Part shown: positions 28,331 to 39,400 of the stretch, piece after piece
Numbering within the stretch: position 1 is the first letter of the stretch
Layout: every line of letters begins with the position of its first letter
DNA from: Chitinophaga pinensis
GTDB taxonomy: Bacteria > Bacteroidota > Ignavibacteria > Kapaibacteriales > Kapaibacteriaceae
Length of the DNA: 64,000 bases
Direction: 5' to 3'
Assembly: GCA_943372295.1 (NCBI GenBank)
Contig: CALRYC010000001.1
Coordinates: forward strand, 3,577 to 67,576
The notes under the pieces: model-generated
Seen by the model: only the letters and a program-made list of their open reading frames with translations
What the model was told of the DNA's origin: nothing
Database searches by the model: none
Position numbers and translations under genes: made by a program

Positions 28331-28627
28331 TTGGAGAAAAGTACGTTGCGATACGTAATCGCCACCCGAAGGCACAGAACTGAGACTAGAGGGACACGCA
28401 GATCTTCGACGCAAGCGCCTCATTACAAGAGATCGAATAGGGGAACAAATCCAAACGAACAACGATGGATCTGTTCCGTAGGTGTTTGCATGCCTCTTCG
28501 TGTGCCATGCCAACTTAGGCCAATGGCTGCCTACGACTTTATGCAGCTGAGATAGGTTGAAGACTGCATCGATACTATGCCAACACCTGAATCTCATTCC
28601 ATACGTTGTTGAACTTGTCCTTCCCGC

Positions 28628-31600
28628 ATGAAACTCCTCAAGAACCAAGGTACTGAACGAGTCATAGACGAGCTGCGAAACAGCATTTCTGAGGGAGGCG
28701 GCTTTGACGTTGCAACCCCAATGCTCTCAATCTTCGCCTATGGGGAGTTGAGAGACACGCTTCGCAAGCTGGCGACAGGAAGGCTGCTGCTGCCGTTCGG
28801 GGACAAAGCCCCACTCGCCCTCCTTGGTTCGGATGCCGACCGTAGCTATCGCAACCAGCTCAAAACGCGAAAACTTGCCCAACACCTGCGGGATTGGCTG
28901 AACAAGTCCGTGGAGGTAAAGGGGGCCAGCGCCCCTATTCCGCAATCAACGCTCGTGGTCAACGATGCGGAGGGCAACCCAGTGAAAGTAATCGCTGGAA
29001 ACTGCCCTTTGAGCACTGACGGGCTGGGCATCACTCCAGCAAATCAGTTCAGTCTGGTTCAGGCGACTGAATCACCCGAAGAGTCGCAAGGTCTGGCTGC
29101 ATGGTTCACGCAGATGTGGGGAGCGCTCCCCGCTTCAGCGGATGGCAAAGCGGCCCTGCTGGCGCAATTGGACGAACTGACGGCCAAGCGCGAGCCTTCA
29201 CTTATCTATGCACTCACGCTTTACCACCTGTTCAAAGACAGGGGTGACGAGTTGGACGAAGAAAAGGTGGTAAAGTCCGCGACAGGTATTCGCGAGACTG
29301 TTGTCTGGAAGAAGCTATTCAAGTTTCAGCGCGATGGAGTTGTCGGTGCCATCGACAAGCTGGAGCGGCTCGGCGGGTGCATCATCGCTGATAGTGTGGG
29401 CCTCGGTAAAACATTCGAAGCGCTCGCCATCATCAAATATTACGAGCTCCGCAATGACCGAGTTCTGGTGCTCGCTCCAAAGCGCCTGCGTGATAACTGG
29501 ACGCTCTACAAGGCCAACGACCGCCGCAACGTGCTGGCGAAAGACCGCCTAAATTACGACGTGCTCAATCATACAGACTTGTCACGTGATGACGGCAAGT
29601 CAGGCGACATTGAGTTATCGCACGTCAATTGGGGCAATTACGATCTGGTCGTCATCGACGAATCGCACAACTTTCGCAACAAGGCATCACGCAACGACCG
29701 CGAAACGCGATACAGCCGTCTCATGGAGAAGGTTATCAAGGAAGGTGTGAAAACGCGAGTCTTGATGCTTTCGGCAACGCCGGTGAATAACCGGCTCGCT
29801 GATTTGAAGAACCAAATCGCTTTTGTCACCGAGGGCGTTGATACAGCGCTCGTCGACCATGGCATCCCAAGCATTGAAGCGACCGTTCGCAAAGCGCAGC
29901 TTCAGTTCAACCGCTGGCTGGCGGCGGAGCCTGCTGAGCGCACGCCGCCTCATTTGATTGAGATGCTGGGGTTTGACTACTTCAAGTTGCTGGACCTGCT
30001 AACCATCGCCCGGTCTCGTCGGCACATTGAAAAATACTACGGCATCGCGGAAACCGGGAAGTTCCCGGAACGACTAAAGCCGATCAACTACAAGCCCGAT
30101 GTTGACCGTGCCGGACAGTTCCGCTCCATACGCGAAATCAACAATGAGATCCGCCGTCTCACTCTCGCTGCTTACGCGCCCCTGCGCTATGTGCTGCCAG
30201 CCAAACAGGCGGCCTATGATGCAAAATACAGCACGAAGATTCGCGGGGGCGAGAGCTTCTTCCGGCAGGTGGATCGTGAGGAAAGCCTTATTCACCTCAT
30301 TCGCGTGAACGTGCTCAAGCGCATGGAAAGCGCCGTGACCTCGTTCGCGCTCACGCTTCAGCGCCAGCTTGCCGATGTGGAGGCGACGTTGGCGAAAATC
30401 GAAGCCCATGAGGAATCCATAGAAGAAGTCGAGATTGAAGATCTCGACATTGACGATCCTGCCTACGAAAGTCTGCTCGTCGGGCGCAAGGTGAAGGTGC
30501 TCGTCAAGGATGTTGATCTGGTTCGCTGGAAACAGGATCTCATTGAAGATCGGAACCGTCTCGCCACGCTTTACTCGGCTGCTGACCAAATCGGCGTCGC
30601 ACGCGATGCAAAGCTCGAAAAGCTTCGTGAAGTCATCGCCGGAAAGGTCAAGAATCCGCTGAACCCTGGTAACAAGAAGGTGATCGTCTTCACGGCTTTC
30701 GCTGACACTGCCAAGTATCTCTATGAGCAGCTTGGCGGCTGGGCGCAGTTGGAACTTGGCGTTCACTCCGCGCTGGTCACGGGCGGAGGGCACAATCAGG
30801 CCACGCTACCGAATCTGCGCAAAGACCTGTCCAGCATCCTCACGGCGTTCTCGCCGCGCTCCAAAGAGCGTCCAGCAGAACTCGCCGGTGAAGGTGACAT
30901 TGATATTCTGATTGCCACTGACTGCATCAGCGAAGGTCAGAACCTTCAGGACTGCGATTACCTCATCAACTACGACATCCACTGGAACCCAGTTCGCATC
31001 ATTCAGCGCTTCGGGCGAGTAGACCGTATCGGCTCGCCAAATAGCCGCATACAGCTCGTGAACTTCTGGCCGAACATCGAGCTGGAGGAATACATTAATC
31101 TGGAGCAGCGCGTTTCTGGCCGCATGGTGCTGCTTGACATCTCCGCCACTGGCGAGGAAAACATTATCGAGCAGCAGTCGGGCAACCAGATGAACGATCT
31201 CGAATACCGCCGTACGCAGCTTCTCAAGCTGCAAGATGCGGTGATTGACCTTGAAGACCTATCCAGCGGCGTTTCCATCGCCGACCTCACGCTCACGGAT
31301 TTCCGCATCGACCTTGCTGAGTTCCTGCGAAACCACGCGGGCAAACTAGAAACGATGCCACTGGGCACTTTTGCGGTCACTACCTCGCCGGAAGCCGCAA
31401 TTCCTCCTGGAATCGTGTTCTGTCTGCGTGCCGAAGGTGAAGCCGCAGAGAAGTCCTTTGAGCCTGGTTATCCGCTGGCTCCGCATTATCTGGTTCACGT
31501 TGGCGATGATGGCAGTGTTCTCCTGCCATTCACTCAGGCAAAGGCAGCCCTCGACCTCTTGAAGCGCGTTTGCATCGGGCGTGATCTGCCCGACGCGGAA

Positions 31601-31828
31601 GCCTGCGACCGCTTCGACAAAGCCACCAAAGGCGGCGAAGACATGAGCCAACCGGGCAAGCTGCTGTCGGCGGCCGTATCGAGCGTCATCGGCAAGAAGG
31701 AAGAGCGGGCCGTTGCCAGCCTCTTCACTCCAGGTGGCACTCATGCCATCAAGGGAGAGTTCGCCGGCATCAACGACTTTGAGGTCATCGCTTACCTTGT
31801 CATTCTTCCCGGAGAGAATGCAGCATGA
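28628..31828 (+). CDS. SNF2-family ATPase/helicase with a ~220-aa N-terminal extension
   Basis: FQRDGV...IIADSVGLGKTFEALAII (I), DLVVIDESHNFRNK (II), VLMLSATPVNNRLADL (III), ATDCISEGQNLQDCDYLINYDIHWNPVRIIQRFGRVDRIGS (V/VI). Confidence 0.9.
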   Translation: MKLLKNQGTERVIDELRNSISEGGGFDVATPMLSIFAYGELRDTLRKLATGRLLLPFGDKAPLALLGSDADRSYRNQLKTRKLAQHLRDWLNKSVEVKGASAPIPQSTLVVNDAEGNPVKVIAGNCPLSTDGLGITPANQFSLVQATESPEESQGLAAWFTQMWGALPASADGKAALLAQLDELTAKREPSLIYALTLYHLFKDRGDELDEEKVVKSATGIRETVVWKKLFKFQRDGVVGAIDKLERLGGCIIADSVGLGKTFEALAIIKYYELRNDRVLVLAPKRLRDNWTLYKANDRRNVLAKDRLNYDVLNHTDLSRDDGKSGDIELSHVNWGNYDLVVIDESHNFRNKASRNDRETRYSRLMEKVIKEGVKTRVLMLSATPVNNRLADLKNQIAFVTEGVDTALVDHGIPSIEATVRKAQLQFNRWLAAEPAERTPPHLIEMLGFDYFKLLDLLTIARSRRHIEKYYGIAETGKFPERLKPINYKPDVDRAGQFRSIREINNEIRRLTLAAYAPLRYVLPAKQAAYDAKYSTKIRGGESFFRQVDREESLIHLIRVNVLKRMESAVTSFALTLQRQLADVEATLAKIEAHEESIEEVEIEDLDIDDPAYESLLVGRKVKVLVKDVDLVRWKQDLIEDRNRLATLYSAADQIGVARDAKLEKLREVIAGKVKNPLNPGNKKVIVFTAFADTAKYLYEQLGGWAQLELGVHSALVTGGGHNQATLPNLRKDLSSILTAFSPRSKERPAELAGEGDIDILIATDCISEGQNLQDCDYLINYDIHWNPVRIIQRFGRVDRIGSPNSRIQLVNFWPNIELEEYINLEQRVSGRMVLLDISATGEENIIEQQSGNQMNDLEYRRTQLLKLQDAVIDLEDLSSGVSIADLTLTDFRIDLAEFLRNHAGKLETMPLGTFAVTTSPEAAIPPGIVFCLRAEGEAAEKSFEPGYPLAPHYLVHVGDDGSVLLPFTQAKAALDLLKRVCIGRDLPDAEACDRFDKATKGGEDMSQPGKLLSAAVSSVIGKKEERAVASLFTPGGTHAIKGEFAGINDFEVIAYLVILPGENAA

Positions 31829-32577
31829 GCGCTGCTTCCGTCATTGCGGCACTTGGAATCCCTGCTGATGCGAGGGTAGATCAGCGCATTGCCAAGAAGC
31901 TCCTCGTGGAGAACGGCGCACCCACTGCTGCCGACAAGCGGAAGATCAACGACGGCATCGAAGACTTGATTTGGGTTGCTGCGTTGAAGCCCGACAACAT
32001 TGGGGTGCCTGCCTACAAAGACGATTCGAGGGAATACCTAGAAATCGCCGTGCTGCACGTGAACTTCAGGCCGGAGGCCAAAGCAGCGAGGCTGAAGGAA
32101 CTCATTCACCGCGCCATCCCGTACCCCGTTTTTCTGATAGTTTCGCAGGCTGCATATAGTGAGCATTCACTGGCGCATCTGCGCTGGTCGCAGGGGCAAG
32201 CCGGGCAAACAGTTTTGGACGGCTCTGTCATCAGCGCAAGCCTGAGTGAAGGCAGCGCCGTCACAGCGGCCTTCCTGGCTGCGCTCAACTTGACAGCCCA
32301 GCCCCGGCAAAATCTTCACGCCCTTTATCAAGGGTGGATTGAGACCTTTGAGGCCTATGCCGCCGCGCAGCATACCGGTAACTTCGTTCCCGCCACCGAT
32401 GCATCCACCGCAGAGCGTCGCCGTGTGGCTCTGGCAGAGCATGAGCGCCTCACCCGCGATATGGCGGCGCTTCGCGCTCGTGCCGCCAAGGAAAAGCAAC
32501 TTAATCGTCGCGTGGAGATCAATCTTCAGCTTCAACACCTTGAGTCGCGCCTCTCGGAGGCTCGCAACTACCTCTAA
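31825..32577 (+). CDS. DUF4391-like protein
   Basis: 250 aa. The start overlaps the SNF2 stop by 4 bp. The pattern RIAKKLLVENGAPTAADKRKINDGIEDLIWVAALKPDNIGVPAY...YLEIAVLHVNF...LIHRAIPYPVFLIV matches my recollection of DUF4391, which typically sits between SNF2 helicase and methylase genes. Confidence 0.6.
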   Translation: MSAASVIAALGIPADARVDQRIAKKLLVENGAPTAADKRKINDGIEDLIWVAALKPDNIGVPAYKDDSREYLEIAVLHVNFRPEAKAARLKELIHRAIPYPVFLIVSQAAYSEHSLAHLRWSQGQAGQTVLDGSVISASLSEGSAVTAAFLAALNLTAQPRQNLHALYQGWIETFEAYAAAQHTGNFVPATDASTAERRRVALAEHERLTRDMAALRARAAKEKQLNRRVEINLQLQHLESRLSEARNYL

Positions 32578-32590
32578 ACAGGACTCCAAC

Positions 32591-34471
32591 ATGCAGAATA
32601 TCACAGCCGAATCCCCCGAATCAAAGACCCCCGACTTAGCTGCCGAAAATCTTGCCCAGCTCAAGACGCTCTTTCCCGAATTGGTGACGGAGAGTAAGGA
32701 TGGCATCGTGGTGAATGTGGATGTGCTCAAGCAGCTCGTGGGCGACAAGGTCATCACCGACAGCGAGGAGAAGTACGGACTCAACTGGTATGGCAAACGC
32801 CGCGCTCGGCAGATCGCCCTGACACCCAGTACCGGTATACTGCGCCCCTGCCCAGAGGACAGCGTAGACTGGGACACAACTCAGAATCTCATGATCGAGG
32901 GCGACAACCTCGAAGTCCTAAAGCTCCTCCAGAAATCCTACGCCGGGAAGGTGAAGCTCATCTACATTGACCCGCCCTACAACACCGGCAAAGACTTCGT
33001 TTATCCAGACAACTTCCAGGATAACATCAAAAATTACTTGGAACTCACTGGTCAGGCCAGCGAAGGAGGCCGCAAACTCTCGTCCAATACTGAAGCCTCC
33101 GGCCGCTTTCACACCGACTGGCTAAATATGATATATCCGCGCATCAAGCTGGCACGGAATCTACTACGGGAGGATGGGGTGATATTCATCAGCATCGATG
33201 ATAACGAAGTCGATGACCTTCGGAAAGTATGTGACGAAGTTTTTGGGGAGGAAAACCGCATTGGCATAATTTGTCATAAGGCTCGGGCCTCTGTCTCGAA
33301 CGACAAGATAATCTCGTCCAATCATAACTTTGTTATGCTTTACGCAAAAAACGGGGCGCTCGTCTTTGAGAACCGTTCAAAGTTCGGTCTGCCTCCAGAA
33401 CTGGATGGTTTCGACAAGAAGGACCAAAAGGGCGAGTTCAAGCATGTCCCGGTTGACGGCCCAGGCGGCGCTGCCAAAGGGAATCCATATTACACGTTTC
33501 TTGGTGTGACTGGCTATTGGCGCTTTTCCGAGGAGCAGATGAAAAGGATGCATGAAGACGGGTTAATCGAAAAGGTTGGAGGCGGTCTTCAACAGAAATA
33601 TTATCTCGAAGACGCGAAGCAGTCGCGGAAGACAGATACGACTTGGTGGGATGATAAACTTTACACATCCACTGCATCTTCAAGGCTTAAAGAGCTAATG
33701 GGAGGCGAGGCTTTTGATAATCCAAAACCCATTGAGTTAGTGCAACGCATGCTTGAACTATGGGTGCGGTCTGAGGCGGATATTGTCTTAGATTTTTTTG
33801 GAGGCTCCGGAACGACTGCCCATGCTACGTTTGCGCAGACTGCAAAAGATGGAGTCACGCGGCGATTCATTTTAGTGCAACTGCCAGAGCCCCTCGATCC
33901 TGAAAACAAGGAACAAAAAACAGCAGCGGCGTTCTGTGACAAGCTTGGCATGCCCCGCAACATCGCCGAATTGACTAAAGAGCGCCTGCGTAGGGCCGGA
34001 CAGAAAATCCGCGCGGAGAACCCACTTTTCGCCGGCGATCTCGGCTTCCGCGTCTTCAAGCTCGATTCCACAAACATCCGCGAATGGGACCCGAAACGCG
34101 ACAATCTCGCCGAAACTCTCGAAGCCTCCATTGAGCACCTCAAGATCGACCGTACCGAGCAGGACATCCTCTTTGAACTGCTCCTCAAACTCGGCCTAGA
34201 TCTATGCGTGCCCATTGAGCCGAAAAAAATCGCCGGATACGACGTTCACAGCATCGGCGGAGGCTCGCTCATCGTCTGCCTCTCAACCGCCATCCCGCGA
34301 GCCGACGTGGAGACACTCGCACTGGGCCTCGTGGCGTGGCACAAGGCATTGAAGCCTGCTGGAAAAACCACCGTCGTCTTCCGCGACAGTGCCTTCGCCA
34401 ACGACGTGGCCAAAACTAACCTCACCGCTATACTTCACCAGCATGGTCTCGAAACCGTGCGTAGCCTGTAA
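32591..34471 (+). CDS. mod: Type III-like (beta-class) N6-adenine DNA methyltransferase, Mod paralog 1
   Basis: Motif IV IYIDPPYNTGKDF precedes motif I VLDFFGGSGTTAHA. ATG at 32591 (MQNITAESPE); the track start 32339 lies inside the previous gene. Confidence 0.88.
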   Translation: MQNITAESPESKTPDLAAENLAQLKTLFPELVTESKDGIVVNVDVLKQLVGDKVITDSEEKYGLNWYGKRRARQIALTPSTGILRPCPEDSVDWDTTQNLMIEGDNLEVLKLLQKSYAGKVKLIYIDPPYNTGKDFVYPDNFQDNIKNYLELTGQASEGGRKLSSNTEASGRFHTDWLNMIYPRIKLARNLLREDGVIFISIDDNEVDDLRKVCDEVFGEENRIGIICHKARASVSNDKIISSNHNFVMLYAKNGALVFENRSKFGLPPELDGFDKKDQKGEFKHVPVDGPGGAAKGNPYYTFLGVTGYWRFSEEQMKRMHEDGLIEKVGGGLQQKYYLEDAKQSRKTDTTWWDDKLYTSTASSRLKELMGGEAFDNPKPIELVQRMLELWVRSEADIVLDFFGGSGTTAHATFAQTAKDGVTRRFILVQLPEPLDPENKEQKTAAAFCDKLGMPRNIAELTKERLRRAGQKIRAENPLFAGDLGFRVFKLDSTNIREWDPKRDNLAETLEASIEHLKIDRTEQDILFELLLKLGLDLCVPIEPKKIAGYDVHSIGGGSLIVCLSTAIPRADVETLALGLVAWHKALKPAGKTTVVFRDSAFANDVAKTNLTAILHQHGLETVRSL

Positions 34472-34480
34472 TCAATCGTT

Positions 34481-36394
34481 ATGAAGCCACTCACCATACA
34501 AGACCCTGAAACCAAATCTGCCGACGTGCTCGCAGAGAATATCGAACATTTGAGGACTCTTTTTCCAGAGGCGTGGACCGAAGGCAAAGTTGATTTCGAT
34601 GTCCTCAAGCAACTGCTTGGCGGTCTCGTGGATGAGCGCGAGGAGAAATATGGCCTAAATTGGCATGGCAAACGCCGCGCTCGCCAGATCGCCCTCACAC
34701 CCAGTGCTGGCACACTGCGCCCCTGCCCAGAGGACAGCGAAGACTGGGACAACACGCAGAACCTCATGATCGAAGGCGACAACCTGGAGGTGCTGAAGCT
34801 CCTGCAGAAGAGCTACGCCGGGAAGGTAAAGCTTATTTACATCGACCCGCCCTACAACACCGGCAAAGACTTCGTCTATCCCGACAACTTCCAGGACAAC
34901 ATCAAGAACTACCTCGAAGTCACCGGCCAGACCGGCGAGGGTGGTAAGAAACTCTCCTCCAACACCGAGGCCTCCGGCAGATTCCACACCGACTGGCTCA
35001 ACATGATGTATCCGCGAGTGAGGCTTGCGAAGACTCTATTGAGCAAAAACGGTCTGCTAATGATTTCGACCGATGAAACAGAAGCGGACAACCTCAGAAA
35101 GCTCTGCGATGAAGTGTTTGGTTCGGAAAACTTTGTGGAGCGAATCGTATGGAAAAACAAATATGGGTCCGGCGCATTAACAAAGGGCTTCGCCAATGTG
35201 CATGAATACATTCTCGTTTATTCACGAGAGCCTATTCAGGAAATTGCAGCCCCCCTCGATGATGAACAGCGATCCGCATTTAACCAAAAGGACGAAAAGT
35301 TCGTCAAGCGTGGCGGTTTTCTGACGCAGCCACTCGCGACGACTAGCAAAGATGACAGACCTAATTTGGTCTATCCGCTAATTCACGAAGGTCGTGAAAT
35401 TTGGCCCGACAAACAATGGATTTGGGCTAAAGACCGGCTCGAAGAAGCTTATCGAAACAATGAATTAGTAATTAACGAATCAGGTGGGAAATTCAGTGTC
35501 CGGGCGAAGCAATACCTTCGCGACAAAAACGGAATCGAACGTTTAGGGAAACCACTTTCATTGATGAACGGTCCGTTTAATCAAGAAGGCACAAAAGACA
35601 TTGCATCACTTTTCCCAGAAAAGGTATTCACTTTCCCGAAGCCGATAGCACTTCTCAAATATTTCGTGTCGTTTGTTGTGAACGGTGACAAAACAGGTGA
35701 GGGGATTTACTTGGATTTCTTTGCTGGATCAGGCTCTTTCGCCCACGCAATTTATAGCCAGAATTCTTTGGATGGCGGGAAACGCAAATTCATCGTGGTT
35801 CAGCTACCAGAGCCGCTTGATAAGGAAAGTAATGAACAAAAAATTGCAGCAACATTCTGCGACAAGCTCGGCAAGCCCCGCACTATCGCAGAACTGACTA
35901 AAGAACGCCTGCGACTGGCAGGAAAAAAGATTCGTGAAGAGAACCCGTTGTTCACGGGTGACCTGGGCTTCCGTGTCTTCAAGTTGGACTCAACCAACAT
36001 TCGCGAGTGGGACCCAAACCGCGACAACCTCGCCGAAACCCTCGAAGCCTCAATTGAGCACCTCAAATCTGACCGCACCGAGCAGGACATCCTCTTCGAA
36101 CTTCTCCTCAAGCTAGGCCTGGATCTTTGCGTACCCATTGAGACAAAAAAAATCGCTGGGCACGACGTTCACAGTATTGGCGGCGGCTCGCTTATCGTCT
36201 GCCTCTCAACCGCCATCGCGCAAGCCGACGTGGAGACACTGGCACTTGGACTCGTGGCGTGGCACAAGGATTTGAAGCCTGCTGGAGAAACCACCGTCGT
36301 CTTCCGCGACACTGCCTTCGCCAACGACGTGGCCAAAACTAATCTCACCGCCATCCTCCACCAGCACGGTATCGAAACCGTGCGTAGCCTGTAA
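34481..36394 (+). CDS. mod: Type III-like (beta-class) N6-adenine DNA methyltransferase, Mod paralog 2 with a different central region
   Basis: IYIDPPYNTGKDF and YLDFFAGSGSFAHA. The N-terminal ~210 aa and C-terminal ~190 aa are near-identical to paralog 1, and the middle ~190 aa are unrelated. Confidence 0.88.
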   Translation: MKPLTIQDPETKSADVLAENIEHLRTLFPEAWTEGKVDFDVLKQLLGGLVDEREEKYGLNWHGKRRARQIALTPSAGTLRPCPEDSEDWDNTQNLMIEGDNLEVLKLLQKSYAGKVKLIYIDPPYNTGKDFVYPDNFQDNIKNYLEVTGQTGEGGKKLSSNTEASGRFHTDWLNMMYPRVRLAKTLLSKNGLLMISTDETEADNLRKLCDEVFGSENFVERIVWKNKYGSGALTKGFANVHEYILVYSREPIQEIAAPLDDEQRSAFNQKDEKFVKRGGFLTQPLATTSKDDRPNLVYPLIHEGREIWPDKQWIWAKDRLEEAYRNNELVINESGGKFSVRAKQYLRDKNGIERLGKPLSLMNGPFNQEGTKDIASLFPEKVFTFPKPIALLKYFVSFVVNGDKTGEGIYLDFFAGSGSFAHAIYSQNSLDGGKRKFIVVQLPEPLDKESNEQKIAATFCDKLGKPRTIAELTKERLRLAGKKIREENPLFTGDLGFRVFKLDSTNIREWDPNRDNLAETLEASIEHLKSDRTEQDILFELLLKLGLDLCVPIETKKIAGHDVHSIGGGSLIVCLSTAIAQADVETLALGLVAWHKDLKPAGETTVVFRDTAFANDVAKTNLTAILHQHGIETVRSL

Positions 36395-36403
36395 TCGATC
36401 GAT

Positions 36404-39400
36404 ATGAAACTCCATTTCGAACCGAACCTAGATTACCAAGCTCAGGCTATTGATGCGGTCTGCGACCTCTTTAATGGACAAGAGATCTGCCGGACAGAGT
36501 TCACGGTCACTCGTGATGCGAATGACATTCAGGGACGAATGGCTTTTGCCGAGAACGACCTCGGTATTGGGAACCGCCTGACGTTGCTCGATGACGAGAT
36601 TCTCGCCAACCTGAACGCTATCCAGCTCAGACATGGCCTAGCTCCATCGACTTCGCTTGTGTCGGGTGATTTCACGGTAGAGATGGAGACAGGCACCGGG
36701 AAGACCTATGTGTACCTGCGCACGATTTTTGAGCTGAACAAGCGATATGGCTTCACGAAGTTCATCATCGTAGTTCCCTCTGTTGCAATCAAAGAGGGCG
36801 TCTATCACACGATTGAAACAGCCAAAGAGCACCTGCAGGGACTTTATTCAGGAGTGCCTTTCGATTTCTTCCTCTATGACTCCGCCAAGCTCGGACAGGT
36901 GCGCAACTTTGCCACTAGCCCGCAGATTCAAATAATGGTAATGACCGTGGGTGCCATCAATAAGTTCGGTGACGAACAAGCGGCGGCCTCCGAGGAAGCC
37001 AACGATGTGTCACGCCGCGAGAAGTCCAAGAATGTCATGTATCGTGCCAGCGAGAAGACGGGCGGCGAGAAGCCGATTGATCTCATTCGTGCCACGCGCC
37101 CCATCATCATCGTTGACGAACCACAGAGTGTTGAAGGCGGTCTGGACGGCAAGGGCAAGAAGGCCATGGAGCGGATGAACCCACTATGCAGCCTGCGCTA
37201 TTCGGCCACTCCGAAGCATTCGCAACACATGGTCTTCAAGCTGGATGCTGTCGATGCCTACGAGCGCAAGCTCGTGAAGCAGATCGAAGTGGCTGCTGCC
37301 ACTGTCGAGGGCGGTTTCAACAAGCCTTATGTCCGACTTGTCTCGGTCAGTAACAAGCGCAATGTCATCACTGCTAAGGTCGAACTGGACATGCAGATAG
37401 CAACAGGTGTGAAACGCCAAGTTGTCGATGTCCAAGACGGCGAGAACCTCGAGATGACAACTGAGCGTGCAGTCTATGGAGACTTCCGCATTGGGGAAAT
37501 CCGCGTGGTCAAGGGTGACGAGTTCCTCGAACTGCGTTTCCCCGGTGGCGAGCAATACCTGAGGCTGAAGGAAGCTCATGGCGATGTTGAGCCACTGACA
37601 GTGCAGCGCCAGATGATCGCTCGGACCATCAAAGAGCATTTTGAGAAAGAAAAGCGCCTCGTGCCACAGGGCATCAAGGTTTTGAGTCTGTTCTTCATTG
37701 ATGCCGTTGAGAAATACCGGCAGTACGACGCCGAGGGCAATCCTGTGAAGGGCGACTACGCCCGCATCTTTGAGGAGGAGTATCGTCGGCTTGCCAAGCA
37801 TCCCGATTACCAGACGCTTTTCAAAGAAGTGGATGTGACCATTGCCGCCGAAGAGGTCCACAACGGCTACTTCTCCATCGACAAGAAGAAGGTCGGCAAC
37901 AAAACCGTCGAGGTCTTCAAAGACACCAGCGGCTCCACAAAAGCCGATGACGACACCTACAATCTCATCATGCGCAAGAAGGAGGAGCTTCTTAGCATGA
38001 GCACGCCTTTGAAGTTCATCTTCTCTCACTCGGCGCTGCGCGAGGGCTGGGACAACCCGAACGTCTTCCAAATCTGCGCCCTTCGCGAGATGGCAACAGA
38101 ACAACAGCGCAGGCAGACCATTGGTCGTGGCCTGCGCCTCTGTGTCAGGGCTGAAGGCAATGACTTCGTGCGCGTACGTGGGTTTGAGACGAACACGCTC
38201 ACCGTGATCGCGACAGAGAGCTATGAGCAGTTCGCCGAACGTCTTCAGAAGGAAATCGAGGACGAAACGGGGATTCGCTTTGGGATCGTGGAAACGCATC
38301 AGTTCGCTGGAATACCAGTTACGGGTACAGATGGTAAATCCACCCCGCTCGGGCTCGAGAAGTCGAAAGCTCTTTGGGAGTATCTTAGAACCACCGGACT
38401 GTTAGATTCCAAAGGGAAGGTTCAGGATACCCTACGTAAGGCACTCAAAGATGGCACACTCACGCTACCGGAGCCGTTGGCCGCACAACTGCCACAGGTG
38501 AAGGAGATTCTGCGTAAACTGGCCGGACGTCTAGAGATCAAGAATGCCGATGAACGGGTCGTGGTGAAGACACGGCAAGCGGTGCTGCAAAGCGCAGAGT
38601 TCAAGGCGCTGTGGGACCGTATCAAGCACAAGACAACGTATCGCGTGCAGTTTGACAATGAGGGACTGTTGGCCGCGTGCATTCATTCCCTCAAAGAAGC
38701 TCCGCCGATTACCCGAACACGCCTACAATGGCGCATGGCCGATCTTTCGATTGGCCGCGCAGGTGTTGAGGCGATAGAAACTTCCACTTCGGCTCATGTA
38801 ACGCTCGACGAGGGAGACATCGAGCTTCCCGACATTCTGACGGACCTCCAGGACCGCACCCATCTGACCCGTCGGAGCATTTGTCGTGTTCTGGTTGAAA
38901 GTGGTCGTCTCGACGACTTCAAACGTAATCCGCAGCAGTTCATCGAACGGACAGCGGAGGTCATCAATAGGGCGAAGCGAATGGCACTGGTGGACGGCAT
39001 CCGTTATCAGCGTATCGGCGCTGAAGAATACTATGTGCAGGAGCTCTTCGAGACAAAGGAATTTTCAGGCTATCTGAAGTCGATGGTTGCAGCTGAAAAG
39101 AGCGTTCACGAGCATGTAATCTACCAGTCAGACACTGAGAGGACTTTTGCTGAGCAGCTAGAAAAGAACGAAGCCATCAAGGTGTACGCCAAGTTGCCAT
39201 CATGGTTTCAAGTTCCCACCCCGCTTGGCCCCTACAATCCCGATTGGGCAGTGCTCGTGAGCAAGGACGGCAAGGAGCAGCTTTACTTTCTGGTCGAAAC
39301 GAAGAGCAGCCTCTATGCCGATGACCTGCGCGACAAGGAAAGCGCCAAGATTAAATGCGGTCAAGCGCATTTTGCAGAACTTGCTACTCACAACAGCTCT

